Shown here: positions 1-7,101 of the stretch, piece after piece
How the letters are laid out: every line of letters begins with the position of its first letter
Position numbering within the stretch: the first letter of the stretch is position 1
Origin: Gemmata obscuriglobus
Lineage (GTDB): Bacteria > Planctomycetota > Planctomycetia > Gemmatales > Gemmataceae
DNA length: 32,000 nt
Direction of reading: 5' to 3'
NCBI RefSeq assembly: GCF_008065095.1
Contig: NZ_CP042911.1
Location: 4,020,001-4,052,000 of the forward strand
The notes under the pieces: model-generated
Databases searched by the model: none
Told to the model about the DNA's origin: nothing
What the model saw: the letters and a program-made list of their open reading frames with translations, nothing else
Program-made: the position numbers and the translations under genes

Positions 1-1
1 G

Positions 2-742
2 CTCGATGACCTCCTGAGCAGCCCGAACGCGGACTTCCGGCAGTTGCTCCTAGCGGACGAGCTGTACCTGAACGGGCGCCTCGCCAAGTTCTACGGCGCG
101 AACGTGCCGGCCGATTCCGGGTTCAAAAAGGTGAAACACGAGACCGACAAGCGGGCCGGCGTGCTGACGCACCCGTATGTCCTCGCGGCGCTCGCGTACG
201 CCTCCGAGACCTCGCCGATCCACCGCGGGGTGTTCGTCGGGCGCGGGCTGCTGGGCATCGCCATCCGGCCGCCGATGGAGGCGTTCACGCCGCTCGCCCC
301 GGACCTGCACCCGAACCTGACCACCCGCGAGCGGGTGCTGAAGCAAACCAGCCCGATGGCGTGCGCCGGGTGCCACACCGTCATGAACCCGCTCGGTTTC
401 TCCCTCGAACAATTCGACGCGGTCGGAAAATTCCGCGAGAAGGACAACAACAAGCCCGTGGACGCCAGCGGGCTGTACGACACCCGGGCGGGCTCCACCG
501 CAAAATTCACCGGCGCGAAGGAACTGGCGAAGTTCGTCGCCGGCAGCGAAGAGGCTCATTACGCCTTCGCGCAGCAGGCGTTCCATTACTTTGTGAAGCA
601 GCCCGTGCGGGCCTACGGGCTTGCGAAACCCGAAGAGTTGCGGAAAATGTTTGCCGCGAACGGGCTGAACGTGCGAAAATTGATAGTGGAAATCGCCGTA
701 ATCGGTGCTATGCCGAAGACAGGCGATAAACCGCCCAAGTAG
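2..742 (+). CDS. C-terminal DUF1588/PSCyt3-type module of a large planctomycetal multidomain protein (DUF1592/DUF1588 class); 5' end lies outside the window
   Basis: The frame is open from nt 2 (LDDLLSSPNADFRQLLLADELYLNGRLAKFYG...), and the M at 44 in the ORF track is really TTG. Motifs are SPIHRGVFVGRGLL and a CxxCH site in MACAGCHTVMNPLGFSLEQFDAVGKFR. Stop is TAG at 740-742. The usual DUF1552 partner follows 72 nt downstream. Confidence 0.8.
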   Translation, partial: LDDLLSSPNADFRQLLLADELYLNGRLAKFYGANVPADSGFKKVKHETDKRAGVLTHPYVLAALAYASETSPIHRGVFVGRGLLGIAIRPPMEAFTPLAPDLHPNLTTRERVLKQTSPMACAGCHTVMNPLGFSLEQFDAVGKFREKDNNKPVDASGLYDTRAGSTAKFTGAKELAKFVAGSEEAHYAFAQQAFHYFVKQPVRAYGLAKPEELRKMFAANGLNVRKLIVEIAVIGAMPKTGDKPPK

Positions 743-814
743 CCCGCCACCCTGAACAGCACGTCGCGCCGCCCGGCGACACCACCGAATACGATCCCAC
801 CTGCGGAGCCTTGC

Positions 815-2137
815 ATGTCCCTGACCCGCAACCGGCGCGAGTTCGTGCGCGACCTCGGAATCAGCGCCGCGGCCGTGCCGTTCCTGCTCAACCTGCCGAG
901 CCTCAGCTTCGCCAACCAGGGCAAGCGGAAGCAGCGGATCGTGTTCGTCTTCAGCCCGAACGGGATCGTCCCGAAGGACTTCTGGCCCGACGAAGAGGGG
1001 TCGGAGTTCAAGCTGAAGGAGATCCTCAAGCCGCTGGAGCCGTTCAAGAAGCAACTCCTCACGCTGCACGGGGTCTGTGACAAGATCCGCGGCGACGGCG
1101 ACGGCCACATGCGCGGCATCGGGTGTCTGCTCACCGGCATCGAACTGTACCCGGGCAACGTGCAGGGCGGCTCCGACACGCCGGCGGGGTGGGCAAAGGG
1201 CATCTCGATCGATCAGGAGATCCGCAACTACCTGCAAAAGGACCCGGCCACCAAGACCCGCTTCGGCTCGCTCGAACTCGGCGTGATGGTGCCGGACCGC
1301 GCCGACACCTGGACCCGCTGGAGCTACGCCGGCGCCAACAAACCGATCGCGCCGATCGACGACCCGTATCAGGTCTTCAATAAACTCTACGGCCGCGCGA
1401 AGGACAACGAGGCGCTCGCCAGCGTACTGGACATCGTGAAGGATGACCTCAAGAAGGTCGGGGACCGCGTCGGAACGGCCGACAAGAAGCTGCTCGACGA
1501 GCACGCGGCGTTCGTCCGCGAGATGGAGAAAGAGCTGAAGGAGCAGAAAGCGGTGGCGACCGTGGGCCACGCGGTTCCGCAACTGGAACCGGGCGTGCGC
1601 CGCGACAACGACAACATGCCGAAGATCGCCAAGGCGCAGATCGACCTGATGGTGAACAGCTTCGCCGCGGACTTCGCCCGGGTCGCGTCGCTCCAGATCA
1701 CGAACTCGGTGGGCATGCCGCGGATGAAGTGGCTGGACATCAACGAAGGGCACCACGAGCTGTCGCACGAGCCGGACAGCAACGAGAAGGCCCAAGAGAA
1801 GCTGGTGAAGATCAACAAGTGGTACTGCGAGCAGGTCGCCTACCTGGCCAAGCGGCTGAGCGAGACCAAGGAGCCCGGCGGGAACGGGTCGCTGCTCGAC
1901 AACACGCTGATCGTGTGGACCAACGAGTTGGGCAAGGGCAACTCGCACACGATGGACAACATCCCGTTCGTGCTGGTGGGCGGCGGGCTGGACTTCAAGA
2001 CGGGCCGGTCGCTGAAGTACCCGAAGGTGCCGCACAACCGGCTGCTGATGTCGCTCGCGCACGGCTTCGGGCACCACGTCAAGGCGTTCGGAAACCCGAA
2101 CCACTGCGCCGCCGGCGCCCTGACCGGTCTGGTGTGA
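815..2137 (+). CDS. DUF1552 domain-containing protein (Tat-signal-like N-terminus)
   Basis: ATG at 815 is preceded by GGAG (805-808). The N-terminus [27 protein letters not shown] looks like a twin-arginine signal. The body ([36 protein letters not shown]) is typical of DUF1552. Its position directly after a DUF1588 protein is the conserved pairing. Confidence 0.85.
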   Translation: MSLTRNRREFVRDLGISAAAVPFLLNLPSLSFANQGKRKQRIVFVFSPNGIVPKDFWPDEEGSEFKLKEILKPLEPFKKQLLTLHGVCDKIRGDGDGHMRGIGCLLTGIELYPGNVQGGSDTPAGWAKGISIDQEIRNYLQKDPATKTRFGSLELGVMVPDRADTWTRWSYAGANKPIAPIDDPYQVFNKLYGRAKDNEALASVLDIVKDDLKKVGDRVGTADKKLLDEHAAFVREMEKELKEQKAVATVGHAVPQLEPGVRRDNDNMPKIAKAQIDLMVNSFAADFARVASLQITNSVGMPRMKWLDINEGHHELSHEPDSNEKAQEKLVKINKWYCEQVAYLAKRLSETKEPGGNGSLLDNTLIVWTNELGKGNSHTMDNIPFVLVGGGLDFKTGRSLKYPKVPHNRLLMSLAHGFGHHVKAFGNPNHCAAGALTGLV

Positions 2138-2176
2138 GTCGAAACGCGCCAAACGAACCGGAAGTAAGAGCAACGC

Positions 2177-2200
2177 GGGTCGGGACGAATGTCCCGGCCC
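2177..2200 (+). terminator. Candidate hairpin terminator downstream of the DUF1552 gene
   Basis: gggtcgggac-gaat-gtcccggccc forms a 10-bp stem (one G-U pair) with a 4-nt loop, 40 nt after the stop codon. There is no clear U-tract. Confidence 0.35.
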
Positions 2201-2236
2201 GTGTGCGTTCCGGTCGCAGTCACTTCTTCACCGGTG

Positions 2237-2331
2237 GCGGACAAGCCAGCATTTCGGACCCATTTAATCCGACCCCAGTTAGCGCACGCCGAAATCCCTC
2301 AGCCAGATTCAATCTGTGCATAGCCCCGTCC
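2237..2331 (+). mobile_element. Relic of the 3' end of an ISAs1-family element (solo end), upstream of the ECF sigma gene
   Basis: 2299-2331 (tcagccagattcaatctgtgcatagccccgtcc) matches the right terminus of the ISAs1-like element at 31467-31498 (tcagccagattcaatttgattagccctgtccc). The relic translates to AFRTHLIRPQLAHAEIPQPDSICA*. This aligns without gaps to the C-terminus AVRDVVARPEFVFDVLHQPDSI* of the 30.3-31.5 kb copy. Confidence 0.4.
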
Positions 2332-2423
2332 GGCGCAGGCGTTCAGAAAAATCGTGTCCGCCCGCCGATCCGAGCGGGCATTTCATTACATCAGGACGTT
2401 CGCCCCCGACCCGGGTTCCACGG

Positions 2424-4058
2424 ATGACCGTACCCCTACTCCTGCTCCGGCATGCCGGATACGTCCCTTCCACCGACGCGGAACTACTCGACCGGTTCAC
2501 CAAGAGCCGGGACGAGAGCGCGTTCGCAGAATTGGTCCGCCGCCACGGTCCCGTGGTGTACCGGATCTGTCGGCGGTTGGCCGGTGCGGCCGGCGCGGAC
2601 GATGCGTTCCAGGCCACGTTCCTGGTTCTGGCCACTCGCACCGCGGCGGCGCGAGCGGCAGGGGCGCTGGGCGGGTGGCTGGTCGGCGTTGCGGGCCGCG
2701 TGGCGCGACAGACGCGGCGGGGAGCCGAGCGGCGCGTGCGGCACGAAGCGGCGGCGGCCCATTTGCGCCCCGAGATGTGCGTGGACGACTCGCTCGAACT
2801 CGCGGACCAATTCCGGGTGCTCGACGAGGAACTCGCGCGGCTCCCGGCGGCGCTGCGCGGGCCGATGGTGCTTTGCATGCTTCAGGGGCGCACGCAGGAA
2901 CAAGCGGCGGCGGAACTCGGTCGCGACGCTCGCACCCTTCGCCGGCACCTGGAGCGGGCGAAAGCCGTCTTGCGGGCGCGGCTGGAGCGCCGGGGCGTGG
3001 TGCCGATGGTGGCGACCGCGCTGGTAACCGGGACCGGCACTGTTGTGGCGGTAGTTCCCGACGACCTGACCCGTCGCACGGTCGGCCTGGTGTTCGATTT
3101 CCTGACAGGCGGTGCGGTGGCGTCCACCTCGCCACCGGTCGCACTGGCAAAAGGAGTGACGACAACGATGCCTGCACGGAAGCTGTTACTGGGAGCGGCT
3201 ACGGTTGCTCTGGGGTTGGTGGGGTTCGGGTTCGCTCTGGCGGACAACCGGCCCCCCGAACCGGCGCCCCCGCCGCCGGTGAAAACGGTTGAACCGCCCC
3301 CCGAGAACCGCGCGCACAAGGCCCCGGTTAGCAAAGCGAAGTCGGCTCAAGTGATCATTGAGGCGATGTGCGTGCGCGTACAGGCCGGGTTCCGCGAGCA
3401 GATCGGCTTGACGACCGATGCCCCGAGCGGGGTGACGCTGACGGCCCGCGAGTCGCTCATGCTTAAGGCGCTCCTTCGCCATCACCCGATGGTTGAGATC
3501 CTCTTCCGGCCCCAGGTGCAACTTCAGAGCGGGCAAATGGGGCACGTTGGGGCTTGGCAGGAACTCCCCGTTGTGACAGGATTGGAAGGCGAGGTACGGG
3601 ATGGGAAAACGGTTTACGTTGCGAAGTCCGAGCCGGTGAGTCTGGGGCACAAGTTGCGGATATTGCCGACTGTTGAGGCCGACGGGCAGGTGACCATCCG
3701 GATCGAGGGCGCTTACACCGAACTCGAACGCCCGGTATCTTCAACCACGTCTCTCGACCGTTTGGCCGCCCCCACTCCACGAGGCGATCTGCCCCTCGAA
3801 CTCGGCAGTGTGAACATACACAATTTTCAGGCCACCGCACGAGTTTCTGACGGGCAGACGGCAGTTTTCCGCTCTGCGGCACCGGTACCAACGGCAGGCG
3901 TCGTGGTTCACCCGATGAAGGCGCCGGCGAAAAGTGAGCCGATGCCCGAACTCTTGTGGGTGCTGACGAGTCACGTCGTTCGCTCAGAACAGGACGCCGC
4001 CCGCGTGCTCGCAAACATTGCCCCACCCCCTCCTCCGCCCCCGCCTGCGCGACAGTAG
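2424..4058 (+). CDS. ECF (sigma-70 family) RNA polymerase sigma factor fused to a transmembrane helix, Pro-rich linker and secretin-homology C-terminal domain
   Basis: ATG at 2424 was verified in the DNA. Sigma-2 region: ELLDRFTKSRDESAFAELVRRHGPVVYRICRRL...DDAFQATFLVLA. Sigma-4 HTH: LPAALRGPMVLCMLQGRTQEQAAAELGRDARTLRRHLERAKAVLRARL. TM helix: LLLGAATVALGLVGFGFAL (about 3181-3243), followed by PPEPAPPPPVKTVEPPPE. C-terminal blocks follow the secretin C-domain pattern: VEILFRPQVQLQSGQMGHVGAWQELPVVT, LGHKLRILPTVEADGQVTIRIEG and VNIHNFQATARVSDGQTAVF. The tail is a poly-Pro run. Confidence 0.8.
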   Translation: MTVPLLLLRHAGYVPSTDAELLDRFTKSRDESAFAELVRRHGPVVYRICRRLAGAAGADDAFQATFLVLATRTAAARAAGALGGWLVGVAGRVARQTRRGAERRVRHEAAAAHLRPEMCVDDSLELADQFRVLDEELARLPAALRGPMVLCMLQGRTQEQAAAELGRDARTLRRHLERAKAVLRARLERRGVVPMVATALVTGTGTVVAVVPDDLTRRTVGLVFDFLTGGAVASTSPPVALAKGVTTTMPARKLLLGAATVALGLVGFGFALADNRPPEPAPPPPVKTVEPPPENRAHKAPVSKAKSAQVIIEAMCVRVQAGFREQIGLTTDAPSGVTLTARESLMLKALLRHHPMVEILFRPQVQLQSGQMGHVGAWQELPVVTGLEGEVRDGKTVYVAKSEPVSLGHKLRILPTVEADGQVTIRIEGAYTELERPVSSTTSLDRLAAPTPRGDLPLELGSVNIHNFQATARVSDGQTAVFRSAAPVPTAGVVVHPMKAPAKSEPMPELLWVLTSHVVRSEQDAARVLANIAPPPPPPPPARQ

Positions 4059-4118
4059 TTGCGCGGTATGACGCTGTCGCGGCGCCGGGCGAGTGCTCGG
4101 GAGTGAACCGGGTCTGGG

Positions 4119-4784
4119 TTATTTCAAGCTCTTGATGACGATGTCCTTGAAGTGGACCTCCACGCCCTCCGACTGGAGGGCGATTCGCCCCTTCTTCAGG
4201 TTACCGTTTTTCCCCTCGTTCACCTTCACGCCGTTGACCGTGAACGTGATGTCCCCGCCCGAGCAGGTCAGCTCGCACTCGTTCCATTCGCCCAGCTTCT
4301 TCTCAACATCGGCGGGCGTTTCCAGCCGCAGGAACCGGCGCTCGATCTTCGGGTCGTGGCGCTGCTTGTCCACGTTGAGTTTCACGGCCGGCGGGGTGTT
4401 GAGGAAGAGGTCGCCGGCGTGCCCGGTGAGGAGTTGCGCCTCGATCGACGTGGGCCAGTACTTTTCGTCCTGCACGTGGAGCAGCACGCCGGTGTTCCCG
4501 CCCTTGCCCTCCAGGAACCGCCACTTCAGCTTCAGGACGTAATCGCCGTACTCGCCCTTCGTGACCATGCAGCCGTTCGGCTTCCCGGTGCAGCGGACGG
4601 CGCCGTCAACGACGCTCCAGGTGCCTTTCGGGTCTGCCTTCTTCCCGTCCTTGTCGGGCTTCACGATGAACGTCCAGCCGTCCAGCGTCTTGCCGTCGAA
4701 GAGGGGGGCGAAGCCGTCCTTGTCGGCCGCGGGGCCGACGGCGAGGAACGCGGTGAAGACTGCGAGCGTGGAGAGCCAGCGCAT
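4119..4784 (-). CDS. Secreted DUF1080 (3-keto-disaccharide hydrolase-like, concanavalin-type) domain protein
   Basis: ATG at 4784 and TAA stop. Signal peptide MRWLSTLAVFTAFLAVGPAA. DUF1080 hallmarks are GFAPLFDGKTLDGW, W.V.DG, NTGVLLH and RIALQSEGVEVHFKDI.IK.L. The start lies 16 nt downstream of the DUF1501 stop on the same strand. Confidence 0.85.
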   Translation of the reverse strand: MRWLSTLAVFTAFLAVGPAADKDGFAPLFDGKTLDGWTFIVKPDKDGKKADPKGTWSVVDGAVRCTGKPNGCMVTKGEYGDYVLKLKWRFLEGKGGNTGVLLHVQDEKYWPTSIEAQLLTGHAGDLFLNTPPAVKLNVDKQRHDPKIERRFLRLETPADVEKKLGEWNECELTCSGGDITFTVNGVKVNEGKNGNLKKGRIALQSEGVEVHFKDIVIKSLK

Positions 4785-4800
4785 GAGGGGGGTCCGTTTG

Positions 4801-6183
4801 TTAGCCGAACAGCCGGCTGATCGGTTGACCGGCGACGGCCCGGTACGGGCGGTCGTTCGCGTCGGTGTAGTGCGCGTCGGGGGGAACGCCGAGGGCGTGG
4901 AACATTGTGGCGGCGAGATCGCCCGGGGCGGTCGGGTCGCTCTGCGGGTACGCCGCGATCCGGTCCGACTTCCCGACCAGCGCGCCCGGGGTGACGCCCG
5001 CCCCGGCGAGTAGGACCGAGTAGCACGCGCCCCAGTGCTTGCGGCCCGGCGACGACCCCGCGAAGTTCTTTTCCAGTGCCACCCGCGGCGCCCGGCCGAA
5101 CTCCCCCATCACCACCACAAGCGTCGTTTCCAGCAGCCCGCGGGTACGCAGGTCTTCGAGGAACGTGGACACGCTGGCGTCGAACCGCGGGAGCAGGTGC
5201 GCGCGAAGCGAATCGAAGATGTCGTTGTGGGTGTCCCACCCGTATGCGTCGGTGTCATCGGGGTGGTCGTCTTGGCCGCGGATGCCGTGGTTGAAGAATA
5301 CCGTGATCCACGGGACGCCGGCTTCCACCAGCCGTCGGGCCATCAGGCACGCCTGCCCCGACCGGTGCCGCCCGTAGCGGTCGCGCAGCTTCTCCGGTTC
5401 GCGGTCAAGGTCGAGCGCGGTTCGAACCTGTGGCGCGTTCACCAGCTCGAACGCCTTTCGGGCGAGCGGGTCCGCGCGCGTTCCCGGGTCGAGACGGGCG
5501 AGCAGGTCGTGCCGCGCCTGGAGCCGCTCTGCGGGCACGTCGGCCGGTAGGTTCAGCGATTCGACGAGCCGGTCGGTGTCCGTCACGTTGCCGAGTTCCG
5601 CGGGCTCGTAACCGCGGCCCAGGAACCCGCCGGACTGCCCGGGGGCCACTTCGATCGGGGCCAGCAGCGGGCCGTTGACGTGAACCGCCGTGTGCGGGAA
5701 CGCGACCGCCGGACGAAGGCGCTTGAATACTGCTCCGAGAGCCGGGAAGTCGGTGGGTCGGGGCGGCGGGTTCGAGGACTTGCGCGGGTGAAACTGTCCG
5801 GTGAGGGCGAGGTAGCACGCCGACCCGTGGTCGAGGTCGTCGTGGGTCATCGAGCGCACGATCGCGTACCGATCAGCCAGCGCGGCCATGCGCGGCAGGT
5901 GCTCGCACACCCGCAGTTCCGGGTTCGCGGTCTGGATGCTGCGGAAGGTCCCGCGCACCTCTTCGGGCGCGTGCGGCTTCGGGTCCCAGGTGTCGAGCTG
6001 GCTCTGCCCGCCGCTCGTAAAGACCACCACCACCGATTTCGCGCGGCCGAATCCGGCCGCCGCAGCCGCGGGTTTCGCGCCGGCCGGCGGGGCCGAAAAT
6101 CCCAGCGCGGCCGGGACGCCGATGCGGAGCCAGTCGCGCCGCGACAGCGTGAACGGGCCGGGTGAGTGGGGTGCGCGGGGCAT
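4801..6183 (-). CDS. DUF1501 domain-containing (sulfatase-like) protein with Tat-type signal
   Basis: The internal ATG at 6183 was verified (cat at 6181-6183) and has GGAGGG immediately upstream. N-terminus: MPRAPHSPGPFTLSRRDWLRIGVPAALGF...AKSVVVVFTSGGQSQLDTWDPKP. C-terminal part: VVVMGEFGRAPRV...GRKHW. The longer 837-aa ORF in the track runs antisense through tyrA and is rejected. Confidence 0.85.
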   Translation of the reverse strand: MPRAPHSPGPFTLSRRDWLRIGVPAALGFSAPPAGAKPAAAAAGFGRAKSVVVVFTSGGQSQLDTWDPKPHAPEEVRGTFRSIQTANPELRVCEHLPRMAALADRYAIVRSMTHDDLDHGSACYLALTGQFHPRKSSNPPPRPTDFPALGAVFKRLRPAVAFPHTAVHVNGPLLAPIEVAPGQSGGFLGRGYEPAELGNVTDTDRLVESLNLPADVPAERLQARHDLLARLDPGTRADPLARKAFELVNAPQVRTALDLDREPEKLRDRYGRHRSGQACLMARRLVEAGVPWITVFFNHGIRGQDDHPDDTDAYGWDTHNDIFDSLRAHLLPRFDASVSTFLEDLRTRGLLETTLVVVMGEFGRAPRVALEKNFAGSSPGRKHWGACYSVLLAGAGVTPGALVGKSDRIAAYPQSDPTAPGDLAATMFHALGVPPDAHYTDANDRPYRAVAGQPISRLFG

Positions 6184-6243
6184 CCCTCCGTTATCTCGCA
6201 CTACCCCGGGGCGCCGCAAGCGGTTTCTTGCGGCCCGCGTTCT

Positions 6244-6249
6244 TATAAT
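6244..6249 (+). promoter_or_regulatory. Perfect TATAAT -10 box placed for a leaderless or near-leaderless tyrA transcript
   Basis: TATAAT at 6244-6249 ends 6 nt before the tyrA ATG (6256). No Shine-Dalgarno sequence lies between them (ttcgga). A perfect AT hexamer is conspicuous in this GC-rich 72-nt divergent intergenic region. No good -35 was seen. Confidence 0.3.
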
Positions 6250-6255
6250 TTCGGA

Positions 6256-7101
6256 ATGCTGTTCGACCAGATCACGATTGTCGGCGTGGGGCTGATCGGC
6301 GGGTCGGTCGGGCTGGCCGCGAAGGCCCGCGGCGTGGCCGGGCGCGTGGTCGGCGTGGACCGCGACCCCGATTGCATCGCCCGGGCCGCCAAGCTCGGCG
6401 CCATCGACACCGGAACGACCGACCTTGCCGCCGGCGTCGCAGGCGCGCAACTCGTGGTCGTCTGTACGCCGGTCGATCGGATCGCCGAGGTTATTGTCAC
6501 GGCCGCGCGGCACGTCCGGCCGGGGACCTATTTCACCGACGGCGGCAGCACGAAGAGTAACATCGTCGCGACGGTGCAAGGGCGCCTGCCGGCGGGGGTC
6601 GAGTACGTCGCGGCGCACCCGCTGGCGGGGTCCGAAAAGGGCGGGGCCGAGAACGGCCGCGCGGACCTGTTCGTCAACCGCGTCACGGTGCTGATCGTCG
6701 GCGCGCTGGGGGCGGACTGGGGCCGCACCGTGACCGTCGGGCGGTTCTGGGAGGCGCTCGGCTCGCGGGTCGTGCTGATGAACGCCGAGGAGCACGACCG
6801 CACGGTCGCGTCCACCAGCCACTTGCCCCACGCGGTGGCGTCCGGGGTGGCGGCGATCACCCCGATGGAGTGGCTGAAGCTGACCGCCGGCGGGTTCCGC
6901 GACGTGACCCGGATCGCCGCCGGCGACCCGGACCTGTGGGCCGCCATATTCGAGGCCAACCGCGACGCCACGCTCGCGGCGCTGACGCAATTCACCGACC
7001 GGATGACCGAATTCCGCACGCTGCTCGAATCCCGCGACCGGGCGGGGCTCGTGCGGTGGCTGACCGAAGGAAAGCAGGTACGCGATGCTCTGGGAACTTG
7101 A
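6256..7101 (+). CDS. tyrA: Prephenate/arogenate dehydrogenase
   Basis: ATG at 6256 verified. N-terminal Rossmann motif ITIVGVGLIGGSVGLAAKARG. Further motifs are AAHPLAGSEKGG and EEHDRTVASTSHLPHAVA. The TGA stop at 7099-7101 overlaps the purL start by 17 nt. Confidence 0.85.
   Translation: MLFDQITIVGVGLIGGSVGLAAKARGVAGRVVGVDRDPDCIARAAKLGAIDTGTTDLAAGVAGAQLVVVCTPVDRIAEVIVTAARHVRPGTYFTDGGSTKSNIVATVQGRLPAGVEYVAAHPLAGSEKGGAENGRADLFVNRVTVLIVGALGADWGRTVTVGRFWEALGSRVVLMNAEEHDRTVASTSHLPHAVASGVAAITPMEWLKLTAGGFRDVTRIAAGDPDLWAAIFEANRDATLAALTQFTDRMTEFRTLLESRDRAGLVRWLTEGKQVRDALGT

Noticed and set aside
50-2173. Very long antisense ORFs: 50-2173 minus (707 aa), 7658-9529 minus (623 aa), 11385-12563 minus, 23164-24624 plus and 20847-22105 in both strands.
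   Set aside because: They lie opposite genes with clear family motifs. They are Arg/Leu/Val/His/Pro-rich and low in complexity. This is the expected stop-codon-poor antisense frame of a high-GC genome.
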